Shown here: positions 10,622 through 20,301 of the stretch, piece after piece
How the letters are laid out: the number at the start of each line of letters is the position of its first letter
Numbering within the stretch: position 1 is the stretch's first letter
Source of the DNA: Rhodothermales bacterium
Lineage (GTDB): Bacteria > Bacteroidota > Rhodothermia > Rhodothermales > JAHQVL01
DNA length: 55,253 nucleotides
Direction of reading: 5' to 3'
Assembly (NCBI GenBank): GCA_045106435.1
Contig: JBGCEN010000057.1
Span: 1 to 55,253, forward strand
The notes under the pieces: model-generated
Databases searched by the model: none
What the model was told of the DNA's origin: nothing
What the model saw: only the letters and a program-made list of their open reading frames with translations
Made by a program: the position numbers and the translations under genes

Positions 10622-11098
10622 ATGGATCTCAGCAATCTTAAACCTGCGAAAGGAGCCACAAAATCACGTAAGCGTATTGCGCGTGGTGTTGGTTCTGGAT
10701 ATGGTGGACATAGCTCGACTAGGGGTGATAAAGGTCAAAAGAGCCGTTCTGGATCAAGTATCCCGATCTGGTTTGAAGGTGGTCAGATGCCATTACAGCG
10801 TCGGATTCCAAAATTTGGCTTTACAAACCGTTTTCGCGTTAGCTATCGTGGCGTAAATCTGTCAAGTTTGGCAGAACTCATCGAGTCTGGCCGCATTGAT
10901 GCATCAAAGCCGATTACTCCAGAAGTAATGGTGGGTGTAGGTGTTGCCCGGAAGAATGATCTGGTTAAAGTATTGGGTGATGGTGAAGCAGGAGCAGCAC
11001 TCCAGGTTTCAGCGCACGCTTTCAGTGCTTCAGCTCGGACAAAAATAGAAAGTGCAGGTGGATCTGCAACTGTAGTTAATAAGATTGCAGCTGCTTAA
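10622..11098 (+). CDS. rplO: 50S ribosomal protein L15
   Basis: KGQKSRSG, FEGGQMPLQRRIPKFGF. Confidence 0.99.
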   Translation: MDLSNLKPAKGATKSRKRIARGVGSGYGGHSSTRGDKGQKSRSGSSIPIWFEGGQMPLQRRIPKFGFTNRFRVSYRGVNLSSLAELIESGRIDASKPITPEVMVGVGVARKNDLVKVLGDGEAGAALQVSAHAFSASARTKIESAGGSATVVNKIAAA

Positions 11099-11122
11099 AA
11101 GAGCTGATTAAAAGGATAAGTT

Positions 11123-12439
11123 ATGGCTGGTTTTGCCGAAAGTATTCGGAATATATGGAAGGTCGAGGAACTGCGTCAGCGGATTCTGTACACATTGGGC
11201 CTTCTCATAGTTTATCGTATTGGCGCTCAGGTAACCCTCCCTGGCATCGACGCCAATGTGTTGGCTACAGTGAATTCGCAAACTGATTCGAATAACCTTC
11301 TGGGTTTTCTCGACATGTTTGTTGGAGGAGCTTTTAGCCAGGCAGGTATTTTTGCCTTGGGCATTATGCCTTATATCACCGCTTCGATTATTATTCAGCT
11401 ATTGGGGGCGGTTAATCCGTACTTCCAAAAGCTACAGCGCGAAGGGGAAGAAGGCAGGCGAAAAATTACCCAGTTAACGCGATATGGTACAGTGGTGATT
11501 ACGCTCATCCAGTCCACTGGTTATGCGATAAACCTGCTTGCGGGTGCAACGGGGTCCGCCATTGTCATTGCCTCCACTTTCTTTATGTTTACGACCGTTA
11601 TTACGCTTACGGCTGGGACGGTGTTTGTGATGTGGCTTGGTGAGCGAATAACCGAGAGTGGTATTGGTAACGGTATATCACTGATCATTATGATTGGTAT
11701 TATTGCCTTCTTGCCAACATCTATATTTAATGAGTTTAATCTCTCTGCCAACTTCTTCATCTTCCTTGCGGAGATTGCGGTACTGCTGGGGGTTATTGCT
11801 TTCATTATCCTTGTTTCGCAAGGGACACGTCGAATCCCTGTGCAATACGCCAAGCGCGTAGTAGGTCGCAAGGTGTACGGAGGCACAACACAGTATTTGC
11901 CAATTCGTGTGAATGCTGCAGGTGTGATGCCGATCATCTTTGCCCAGTCTATTATGTTTGTGCCGGCAACGATTGCACAGTTCTTCCCTGATAGCGATGG
12001 TATGCAACAATTTGGCGCATGGTTTAGCGATATATCAGGATGGGGATACTCAATTGTATTCTTTGTCATCTGTGTATTCTTTACCTACTTCTATACAGCT
12101 ATCGCGGTTAACCCCAAGGAGATGGCTGATACGATGAAGCGTCAGGGTGGCTTTATCCCGGGTATTCGCCCAGGTAAGCAGACAAGCGAATTTGTAGATA
12201 ACATTCTCACAAGAATTACATTACCTGGTTCTGTATTTCTTGGTCTTGTGGCTATTCTTCCTGCATTTGCAATGCAGGCAGGCGTTACGGCAGGCTTTGC
12301 AATGTTCTACGGTGGAACGAGTTTGATTATTCTCGTGCAGGTTACCCTGGATACGCTGCAACAGGTTGAGAGTCACTTATTAATGCGCCACTACGACGGC
12401 TTTATGAAGAGCGGTCGTGTAAAAGGCCGGCGCGTTTAA
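11123..12439 (+). CDS. secY: Preprotein translocase subunit SecY
   Basis: IFALGIMPYITASII, WLGERITESGIGNGISL, FIPGIRPG; about 10 TM segments. Confidence 0.99.
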   Translation: MAGFAESIRNIWKVEELRQRILYTLGLLIVYRIGAQVTLPGIDANVLATVNSQTDSNNLLGFLDMFVGGAFSQAGIFALGIMPYITASIIIQLLGAVNPYFQKLQREGEEGRRKITQLTRYGTVVITLIQSTGYAINLLAGATGSAIVIASTFFMFTTVITLTAGTVFVMWLGERITESGIGNGISLIIMIGIIAFLPTSIFNEFNLSANFFIFLAEIAVLLGVIAFIILVSQGTRRIPVQYAKRVVGRKVYGGTTQYLPIRVNAAGVMPIIFAQSIMFVPATIAQFFPDSDGMQQFGAWFSDISGWGYSIVFFVICVFFTYFYTAIAVNPKEMADTMKRQGGFIPGIRPGKQTSEFVDNILTRITLPGSVFLGLVAILPAFAMQAGVTAGFAMFYGGTSLIILVQVTLDTLQQVESHLLMRHYDGFMKSGRVKGRRV

Positions 12440-12473
12440 CAAAGGCTTAAAGTATTTTAAATCTTTACTTGGC

Positions 12474-13286
12474 ATGATCCACTTAAAAAACCTGCAAGAA
12501 GTAGAAAAGCTTAGGGAGAGCGCCGACTTGGTGAGTCGAACTCTTGCTGAAGTAGCAGGGCATATCAAGCCAGGTGTAAAGACGATAACGCTGGACGAGA
12601 TTGCTGAGAAGTATATTCTTGGCCACAATGCGAAGCCGGCGTTTAAAGGGTATAAAGTTGGTCGGGCTGTGTTTCCCAGTACACTTTGCATATCCATCAA
12701 TGATGAGGTAGTGCATGGTATTCCCGGAGAACACACGCTCAAAGAAGGTGATCTTGTTTCGGTCGATTGTGGTGTCCTGCTAAATGGATATTACGGAGAC
12801 ACTGCCTACACATTTGCTGTAGGGGAGATTTCACCAGAAGATGCCCAGCTTTGCCGGGTAACGTACGAATCTCTCATGAAAGGGATTGACAAAGCGCGTG
12901 TTGGATTCAGGATTGGTGATATCTCCAATGCCGTGCAGTCGCACTGTGAGTCGTATGGCTATGGTGTTGTAAGGGATCTGGTTGGACATGGAATTGGCAA
13001 GAGCCTCCATGAAGCACCACAAGTGCCCAATTTTGGACGACAGGGGAGTGGGCGGAAATTAAAAGATGGGACCTCTATGTGCATTGAGCCAATGATCAAT
13101 GCCGGCACATTCGAAGTGTTTACTGCAGATGATGAATGGACCATCAAGACAGCGGACAATAGCCAGTCTGCGCATTACGAATTAACGATTGTTGTGCGCA
13201 AAGGTGAACCTGAAATGCTCAGCACCTTCTCTCATATAGAGAAGATAATAGATGCGCCTTATAAGCTTGCATTAACTGATGGTTAA
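12474..13286 (+). CDS. map: Type I methionine aminopeptidase
   Basis: CISINDEVVHGIP, DCGV..NGYYGD, GHGIG..LHE.P, IEPMIN, SAHYE. Confidence 0.98.
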   Translation: MIHLKNLQEVEKLRESADLVSRTLAEVAGHIKPGVKTITLDEIAEKYILGHNAKPAFKGYKVGRAVFPSTLCISINDEVVHGIPGEHTLKEGDLVSVDCGVLLNGYYGDTAYTFAVGEISPEDAQLCRVTYESLMKGIDKARVGFRIGDISNAVQSHCESYGYGVVRDLVGHGIGKSLHEAPQVPNFGRQGSGRKLKDGTSMCIEPMINAGTFEVFTADDEWTIKTADNSQSAHYELTIVVRKGEPEMLSTFSHIEKIIDAPYKLALTDG

Positions 13287-13453
13287 TGGAAATGGAAGCG
13301 CAGAAGTATTGCTGAATTAAGTACCCTTTGTGAAAGAAGTAGTGTTGATGAATTGCAGTGTGCACTACAGAACTTTTACAATATTATACCGTTTACGCTA
13401 GGCTTTGCAAGAAATTGCCAGAGTGTACGTAAATAATACAAGAGAACATCGCG

Positions 13454-13570
13454 ATGAAAGTACAAGCGAGTGTAAAGAAAAGAAGCGCCGACGACAAGAT
13501 TGTACGTCGTAAAGGGCGTGTTTACGTAATCAATAAAAAGAATCCAAAACATAAGCAGCGCCAAGGTTGA
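13454..13570 (+). CDS. rpmJ: 50S ribosomal protein L36 (no cysteines); below the ORF-track cutoff
   Basis: Manual translation [38 protein letters not shown]. Confidence 0.97.
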   Translation: MKVQASVKKRSADDKIVRRKGRVYVINKKNPKHKQRQG

Positions 13571-13601
13571 GCGCCGCCTAGTGTATAGTTGACAGAGAAT
13601 T

Positions 13602-13982
13602 ATGCCACGAATCGCTGGAGTTGACGTCCCTAATAATAAGCGAGGTGAGATTGCACTAACGTCCATTTTTGGCGTTGGTCGTTCCCTGGCCAAGGAAATC
13701 CTTGGTAAAGTCGGAATTGACTACAATCTACATCCAAGCAAATGGACGGAAGAGCAGACCAAAGAAGTCCGTCGTGTTATTGAAGACGACTATTTGGTTG
13801 AAGGACAGCTGCGTACAGAACGGCAGATGAACATCAAGCGACTGATGGATATTGGTTGCTATAGAGGATTGCGTCATCGCCGGAGTTTGCCATTGCGCGG
13901 GCAGCGTACTAAAACAAATGCACGCACCCGTAAAGGTCGCAAGAAGACTGTTGCAGGTAAGAAGAAGGCTCCACGTAAGTAA
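13602..13982 (+). CDS. rpsM: 30S ribosomal protein S13
   Basis: [31 protein letters not shown]. Confidence 0.99.
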   Translation: MPRIAGVDVPNNKRGEIALTSIFGVGRSLAKEILGKVGIDYNLHPSKWTEEQTKEVRRVIEDDYLVEGQLRTERQMNIKRLMDIGCYRGLRHRRSLPLRGQRTKTNARTRKGRKKTVAGKKKAPRK

Positions 13983-14014
13983 TATTTTCTGCCAAGTTTG
14001 TAGGAACTGAGATA

Positions 14015-14413
14015 ATGGCTAAAAAGCAAAAAGGTGGTCGGACTGTTCGTAAAAAGAAAGTCGTTGTAGAGGCGAACGGTCAGGCACATATTAAAGCTAC
14101 GTTTAACAATGTAATGGTCACTTTGACCGACCAGTATGGCAACGCGATTTCGTGGGCCAGTTCTGGTAAGATGGGCTTCAAAGGAAGTAGAAAGAATACT
14201 CCTTATGCTGCACAGGTTGCATCCTCAGCAGCTGCAAAAGAAGCTCATGATCTTGGATTGCGGCGTGTAGAAGTGTTTGTTAAAGGTCCTGGTTCAGGGC
14301 GCGAGTCAGCGATTCGTGCACTTTCGACTTCAGGTCTGGAAATTGCCACAATACGCGACGTCACTCCTATTCCTCACAATGGCTGCCGGCCTCCCAAGCG
14401 TCGTCGTGTCTGA
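14015..14413 (+). CDS. rpsK: 30S ribosomal protein S11
   Basis: [32 protein letters not shown]. Confidence 0.99.
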   Translation: MAKKQKGGRTVRKKKVVVEANGQAHIKATFNNVMVTLTDQYGNAISWASSGKMGFKGSRKNTPYAAQVASSAAAKEAHDLGLRRVEVFVKGPGSGRESAIRALSTSGLEIATIRDVTPIPHNGCRPPKRRRV

Positions 14414-14519
14414 TTTTTTTACAGACATTTGTACGTTTAGGTTTAAGTATCCGGCTACGATTAGCACAAGGCTATTCGTACGTTTGTAGTAATTGTTAGC
14501 AAACGATAGGTAAAAAACT

Positions 14520-15122
14520 ATGGCCCGTTATAGAGGCCCCAAGCAAAAAATCGCTCGGCGGTTTAAAGAACCGCTTTTTGGTCCGAGTAAATCACTCGAG
14601 AGAAAACCGTATCCCCCTGGACAACACGGGCGATCAAGACGCGGGAAAGAAAGCGAATACTCTGTCCAGCTTAAAGAGAAGCAAAAAGCAAAACATACGT
14701 ACGGATTGCTCGAACGCCAATTCCGTAATTTGTTCGAGAAAGCTGCAAGGAAAAGAGGTGTTACAGGTGAAAACCTTCTTCGCTTCCTGGAGTCACGCCT
14801 GGATAATACTGTTTTCCGTCTTGGCTTTGCAATGACTAGACGTCAAGCACGCCAGTTCGTCACGCATTGCCACATCTTGGTTAATGATCGCGTCGTTAAC
14901 ATTCCTTCTTTTCAGATGCGCACGGGCGATGTAATTTCAATTCGGCCACGTAGCAGACGCTCTCCTGCTATTAGAGATGCCGTTCAGCGCAACCGTCGCA
15001 CATATCCTTGGCTGGAAGTTGATCGTAAGGACATGAAAGGAAAATTCCTGGATACACCCAATCGCGAAGACATTCCCGAGAATATTCGCGAGCAGCTAAT
15101 CGTAGAGCTCTATTCGAAATAG
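14520..15122 (+). CDS. rpsD: 30S ribosomal protein S4
   Basis: MARYRGP, LESRLDN.VFRLG, EQLIVELYSK. Confidence 0.99.
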   Translation: MARYRGPKQKIARRFKEPLFGPSKSLERKPYPPGQHGRSRRGKESEYSVQLKEKQKAKHTYGLLERQFRNLFEKAARKRGVTGENLLRFLESRLDNTVFRLGFAMTRRQARQFVTHCHILVNDRVVNIPSFQMRTGDVISIRPRSRRSPAIRDAVQRNRRTYPWLEVDRKDMKGKFLDTPNREDIPENIREQLIVELYSK

Positions 15123-15224
15123 CCACTAACGGAAGGAGAGTGCCACATACTATTTCTTTGGCAGGTTCTCCAATTATTTTTCCGTGGTCGGGTCTTTGAC
15201 AAATAAAAGAACATAGTACTAATT

Positions 15225-16199
15225 ATGAGTACATACACGATCCAGATGCCGGATGGCGTTCAGCCAGAAGAAATTACAGATACAAATGGTGTATTTGTTG
15301 TACAGCCATTAGAGCGAGGATACGGGGTAACAATAGGTAACGCCTTGCGGCGTGTGCTGTTATCTTCTCTGGAAGGGGTCGCTGTCACCGCAATCAAGAT
15401 TGACGGGGTTCAGCACGAGTTTTCTACCATTCCAGGCGTTATGGAAGATGCAGCGGATATCATCCTGAATCTTAAAGGCGTCCGTTTCAAAGCAAACGAT
15501 GTAGTTGATAGTAATATTCACCTTGTATTAAGAGGTCCTGGAGAATGGACAGCTAAAGATATTGGTGATGCAACGGGTGACTATGAAGTCCTGAATCCAG
15601 ACTTTCATATCGCTCACTTGTCAGAAGGCGCTGAGTTGTCTGTCGAATTGCGAATGGGTAGAGGTACAGGCTATGTACCATCAACTGAAAATAAGCAATC
15701 AGACGACCCGATTGGGATTATTGCAATAGATTCAATCTTTACCCCAATCCAAAACGTTAAGTATGTCGTTAAGCCTACACGTGTAGGAGAACGTATTGAT
15801 TACGAACGTTTGATTTTTGAAATAGCCACCGATGGTTCTGTTTCTCCTGAGGAAGCATTACACCAGGCTGCCCTGATCCTTAGAGATCATGTAGCCATGT
15901 TCCTTAAAATAGACGAACCAACCCAGCCCACAGTTGAAGAAAAAGAAGTTGATGCTGAAGTACAGCGCATCCGTGAACTTCTTTCCCAGACTGTTGATGA
16001 ATTAGATTTGTCAGTTCGTGCGCACAATTGCTTGAAAGCAGCCAATATCAAAAATATCGGTGACCTTGTACGCAGAGATGAGCCAGAAATGCTGAAATTC
16101 CGCAACTTTGGTAGAAAATCTCTACAAGAACTTATGCAGGTTCTTGAAGAACGTGGGTTATTCTTTGGAATGGATGTAGATAAATACCTCCAGGATTAA
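15225..16199 (+). CDS. rpoA: RNA polymerase alpha subunit
   Basis: PLERGYGVTIGNALRRVLLSS, LSVRAHNCLK, RNFGRKSL. Confidence 0.99.
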   Translation: MSTYTIQMPDGVQPEEITDTNGVFVVQPLERGYGVTIGNALRRVLLSSLEGVAVTAIKIDGVQHEFSTIPGVMEDAADIILNLKGVRFKANDVVDSNIHLVLRGPGEWTAKDIGDATGDYEVLNPDFHIAHLSEGAELSVELRMGRGTGYVPSTENKQSDDPIGIIAIDSIFTPIQNVKYVVKPTRVGERIDYERLIFEIATDGSVSPEEALHQAALILRDHVAMFLKIDEPTQPTVEEKEVDAEVQRIRELLSQTVDELDLSVRAHNCLKAANIKNIGDLVRRDEPEMLKFRNFGRKSLQELMQVLEERGLFFGMDVDKYLQD

Positions 16200-16262
16200 A
16201 TTTTTAGCTAGCAGGTAGTTGAAAGCATACGCTTCCACTTCCCCAGACGCTAATAGCGAACC

Positions 16263-16847
16263 ATGAGACATCAGAAGAAAGGATTTAAGCTAGGCCGCAC
16301 GCAATCGCATAGAAAGGCAACTTTAGCCTCTATGGCACATGCGTTGATCGCTCACAAGCGAATTACTACGACACGCACCAAAGCGCGTGCGCTTCGTATG
16401 TACATCGAGCCAATTATTACTCGTTCTAAAGAAGATACTACCCATAATCGCCGGCAGGTCTTTCGTTTTCTGCAGAATAACAAGGCAGTTTCCGAACTAT
16501 TTGACGAGATTGCCGGGCAAGTTGGTGATCGTCCTGGTGGATACACCAGAATCACTAAACTCGGTCAGCGTGCCGGTGATGCTGCCGAAATGGCCATCAT
16601 TGAATTGGTAGATTATAACGATACACGCCCAGAGGGAAGTGCATCAGGATCTGGCAAGAAACGGACACGTCGTGGTCGTAGAGGAAGCGCCTCAACAGCT
16701 GCCGCTGCGAAGCCTGTGGCTGATGCAATAGAGGAAGTCGCTGAAGAGACAACCGCGGTTGTCGAAGAGGCTACTGAAGCTATTGCTGAGGATGTAGATG
16801 CGGCTGCAGAAACACCCGACGCCGACGCTGAAAAAGGGGAGAAGTAG
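16263..16847 (+). CDS. rplQ: 50S ribosomal protein L17 with acidic Ala/Glu-rich tail
   Basis: MRHQKKGFKLGRT..HR, DRPGGYTRI, RAGDAAEMA.IELV. Confidence 0.99.
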   Translation: MRHQKKGFKLGRTQSHRKATLASMAHALIAHKRITTTRTKARALRMYIEPIITRSKEDTTHNRRQVFRFLQNNKAVSELFDEIAGQVGDRPGGYTRITKLGQRAGDAAEMAIIELVDYNDTRPEGSASGSGKKRTRRGRRGSASTAAAAKPVADAIEEVAEETTAVVEEATEAIAEDVDAAAETPDADAEKGEK

Positions 16848-16878
16848 TAGCGGGAATTTTATTTTTTAGAGAATAGTG

Positions 16879-16917
16879 AAAAAACGCTATCGAATGATGT
16901 TCGGTAGCGTTTTTTTA
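16879..16917 (+). terminator. Intrinsic terminator ending the ribosomal superoperon
   Basis: AAAAAACGCTATCGAA-TGATG-TTCGGTAGCGTTTTTTT hairpin with U-tract. Confidence 0.85.
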
Positions 16918-17155
16918 TTCTTTCTACTTTTAAGGCTGTAACGATTCTTTAGGGCGTGTTATAGTTAAAAGTATCAGGTTGGACTGCACCGAGTAATAGT
17001 CGAATTTAGTGGATTAATGGCCACTTTTGCCTCGGGAATACTATCTCACGCAAAAGAACGGACGATATACACTAAGGTATAGACAATAAAAACCTGGTAC
17101 TAAACAAGAGGACGCCCTCATTGGAACTGGCCAATCATCTTGAGTTTAATGTAGC

Positions 17156-19399
17156 ATGATTGAAGTCTCCGATATTCTAAAAAATGCGGATATTCATGTT
17201 GAGCCGGAATATGTACAGAAGCTAGACGATTTACTGGTACTTTGCCGTAAACATCTGCTCTCTGTCAACGAAGAGCTTGTCGAACGCGCTTTCCGATTGA
17301 GTTACTGGGCACATCGTAACGATCGTAGGGCCTCCGGTGAACTATATATCAACCATCCGCTGGCAGTAGCCGCAATTGTAGCAAAAGATATCAGCTTTGA
17401 TGATATCAGTGTTGCCGCAGCTTTATTACACGATGTAGTCGAAGATACTGAGCTATCTATAGAGTTTATCAAGCAAGAGTTCGGCGAAACGCTTGCAATC
17501 ATAATTGATGGACTCACAAAGATTGACGGTGTTTTTGCTTCTCGTGAGATGGGTCAGGCAGAGAATGTACGCAAGTTGATGCTTTCGATGGCATCTGATA
17601 TTCGTGTTATTCTGGTCAAATTTGCAGACCGCCTACACAATATGCGGACGCTTGATTCACTTCCTCGAAAGAAACAGATTAAAATAGCCAGTGAAACGCT
17701 GGATTTGTTTGCGCCACTGGCACATCGGTTTGGATTGTTTGCGATTAAAGGAGAGTTGGAAGACCTGACCCTCAAGATTCTCAAGCCAGATTCTTATTTC
17801 GAAATTGCCGAAGGACTCAGCGATACAAAGCGCTTTAGAAGTGATTATGTCAACTCTTTCATCGAGCCGCTGCAAGAGCAGCTCAAGGGTAAAGGATTTG
17901 AGTTTGAAATCTACGGCCGGCCAAAGCATATCTATTCAATTCACCGAAAGATGCTCCGGCAGGACAAACCGCTCGAAGAAATTTACGACCTCTTTGCTAT
18001 TCGAATTGTTTTAAAAAGTACTGGCAAAAGGGGCAAGGAGGATTGTTGGCGGGTCTATTCAATTATTACTGATCTGTACAGGCCGCTTACTGAGCGGTTT
18101 AGAGATTTTATCTCAGTACCTAAATCTAATGGATACCAGAGTCTGCACACAACAGTGCTGGGCCCGCAGGGGAGGAGGGTAGAAGTACAAATCCGGACAG
18201 AGGAAATGCACGCGATTGCCGAACGCGGTCTTGCAGCCCACTGGAAGTACAAGGAAGGCGTGAGTAATGCGAGCGAGCATGTCGACCAGTGGTTGTCCTG
18301 GGTAAGGGATCTGCTGGAGAACCCACGTCCTGAGCAGGCTACAGAGTTTGTGCAGGAGTTCAGGTTGAATCTGTATGATGAAGAGATATATGTCTTTTCT
18401 CCCAAAGGAGACTTATACAATTTACCCAGCAAGGCAACACCTGTTGATTTTGCATATCTGGTACATACAGAGGTAGGTAATCGATGTATTGGGGCGAAGG
18501 TCAACGGCAAAATGGTACCGCTCTCTAAACGATTAAAAAGCGGCGACCAGGTTGAAGTCATTACCTCTAAAAAACAGACCCCCAGGCCAGATTGGGTCAA
18601 ATTTGTTGTTACGCATAAAGCAAAAAGCCGTATCAGGCACTGGATCAACGAAGAAAGAAGGCATATTACGGAAGTTGGCCAAGATATATGGCGAAAAAAA
18701 TCCAAACGTTCGCGTATTCATATAGACGACAGAGAGTTGCAGCGCTACGCCAAGCGGTTCAAGTTTCCAAGTCCGCAACAGATGTTCTATGAAATTGGCG
18801 CCGGCCTCTTTGATGTAAAAGAGCTGATCAAATTCATCAAGAATAAAGAAGCAGATACGGCTGCAGAAGCTGACACGGACGAAAAAGCCGTTCCGTTACA
18901 AGTTCGCTATGATACGTTTCTTGACAAAGCGCAGTCTATTGGGAAGCCGGCACTCAAAATTGACGGTGAACTGCACACAGACATTGTGACCCAATACGCC
19001 ACTTGTTGTAATCCGATTCCAGGAGATGAGGTATTTGGTTTTCTCAGCAAAACAGGCAGTATTAACATCCATCGGGTCGGATGTAAAAATGCAGCATACC
19101 TTTTAGTAAACCATCACGACAGAATTTTGCAGGTGGAATGGAGCCGACAAAAAGACGTGCAGTTTGTATCGGCATTGAGGTTAATCGGGGAAGATAGGGT
19201 AGGACTTTTGAACGACATATCGACCGTCATTTCTAAAAATCTTAAGACGAATATTCGCTCAATGACAATCGATTCTGACGAGGGTGTGTTCGAAGGTACG
19301 CTCGTCCTTAGTGTCAATGACCTGGAGCACTTGGGCCGGCTTATGGAGAGATTGCGACGGATTGATAGCATACATGGAGTGTATAGATTTGAGGAATAG
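17156..19399 (+). CDS. Long bifunctional (p)ppGpp synthetase/hydrolase (Rel/SpoT: HD-SYN-TGS-ZFD-ACT)
   Basis: Intact HD motif LLHDVVED; synthetase motifs GRPKHIYS, YQSLHTTV, EVQIRT; TGS FAYLVHTEVG; CCNPIPGD; C-terminal ACT. Confidence 0.97.
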   Translation: MIEVSDILKNADIHVEPEYVQKLDDLLVLCRKHLLSVNEELVERAFRLSYWAHRNDRRASGELYINHPLAVAAIVAKDISFDDISVAAALLHDVVEDTELSIEFIKQEFGETLAIIIDGLTKIDGVFASREMGQAENVRKLMLSMASDIRVILVKFADRLHNMRTLDSLPRKKQIKIASETLDLFAPLAHRFGLFAIKGELEDLTLKILKPDSYFEIAEGLSDTKRFRSDYVNSFIEPLQEQLKGKGFEFEIYGRPKHIYSIHRKMLRQDKPLEEIYDLFAIRIVLKSTGKRGKEDCWRVYSIITDLYRPLTERFRDFISVPKSNGYQSLHTTVLGPQGRRVEVQIRTEEMHAIAERGLAAHWKYKEGVSNASEHVDQWLSWVRDLLENPRPEQATEFVQEFRLNLYDEEIYVFSPKGDLYNLPSKATPVDFAYLVHTEVGNRCIGAKVNGKMVPLSKRLKSGDQVEVITSKKQTPRPDWVKFVVTHKAKSRIRHWINEERRHITEVGQDIWRKKSKRSRIHIDDRELQRYAKRFKFPSPQQMFYEIGAGLFDVKELIKFIKNKEADTAAEADTDEKAVPLQVRYDTFLDKAQSIGKPALKIDGELHTDIVTQYATCCNPIPGDEVFGFLSKTGSINIHRVGCKNAAYLLVNHHDRILQVEWSRQKDVQFVSALRLIGEDRVGLLNDISTVISKNLKTNIRSMTIDSDEGVFEGTLVLSVNDLEHLGRLMERLRRIDSIHGVYRFEE

Positions 19400-19445
19400 T
19401 GAAGGAATTGTTAAGATCTTGTAACGGATACGCTACATCATCTAA

Positions 19446-19665
19446 ACCAACACATTAGCTGACACGACTTCCCGTCAATTAGGGAAATCCAATAGTGTCG
19501 GTCAGGTCAGTTCATTGGTCATGATCATCTTTTTAAATAGCTGTTATTGTTGGTAAGGTGACTTCTTCAATTAGTCAAAGGAAGTGCCTTGTTTGGCTTG
19601 CTTCAGGTTGTATATCCGTTTTGTATTTCTCCCCTTTCATGAGAGGATTCTGAAGCAGTTTTTTT
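19446..19665 (+). other. Candidate structured RNA (sRNA or leader) in the rel-hup spacer
   Basis: Several nested complementary segments found by eye, ending in stem TGCTTCAG/CTGAAGCA followed by GTTTTTTT. Confidence 0.3.
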
Positions 19666-19798
19666 GTGTTGGCTCTTAAGCTTGTGAAGCTATACACATT
19701 CGGATGAAAAGATTGGGGTTTTTGCATCTGGAATTCTTTGATCTAAGTGTTTACTTTACATACAACTAGATCAAAAACTATTGAGCAGATACCCCATC

Positions 19799-20224
19799 AT
19801 GGAGGAGAAAATAAATACACTCACGAAAAAGGATGTAGCTCGTCGTGTCTCCGATTTGATGGACGAGCCCATCTACAAAAGCGAACCTTGGGTCAATGCT
19901 GTTATCTCCGCGATTGGCGAGCTAATGGTAGAAGCTGATCCTGAAGTACGGATTGAGTTAAGGGATTTTGGTGTCTTTGAAGTGAAGAAAACAAAGGCAA
20001 AGCCCAAGGCTCGAAATCCAAAGACCAATGAAACTGTGTTTATTCCCAGCCGGCGAAAAACACACTTCAAACCAAGCAAGCGGTTAAAGAAAATCCTTCA
20101 AGTACCCTTGACGGATTTGGAATACACCATTCCAATGGGAAGTGCTGATGCTCTTGCGGAACTTACCTCTTCATTCTCAACCAATGGGAATGGGTTTTCG
20201 CAGAATGGAAACGGTCATCACTAA
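19799..20224 (+). CDS. HU/IHF family DNA-binding protein with C-terminal extension
   Basis: LTKKDV, IELRDFGVFEV, ARNPKTNE.V.IP, HFKPSKRLK; ATG at 19799. Confidence 0.92.
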   Translation: MEEKINTLTKKDVARRVSDLMDEPIYKSEPWVNAVISAIGELMVEADPEVRIELRDFGVFEVKKTKAKPKARNPKTNETVFIPSRRKTHFKPSKRLKKILQVPLTDLEYTIPMGSADALAELTSSFSTNGNGFSQNGNGHH

Positions 20225-20301
20225 ATAAACACGCTTTGGTTTTTAACTAATTACTGGAAGGGTGCTGATTCACCAAAAATCAGAGTTAGGAGTCTGAGTT
20301 A

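Noticed and set aside
11521-12069. Long antisense ORFs (also 18055-18705, 25376-25894, 50917-51405 and many shorter ones)
   Set aside because: Shadow frames of well-conserved genes, with no motifs of their own
13287-13436. The map reading frame stays open for ~49 codons after its TAA (possible read-through or infA remnant)
   Set aside because: Translation (WKWKRRSIAELSTLC...) has no recognisable similarity to IF-1 or Map extensions; Map is already full length and TAA is not a usual recoding codon
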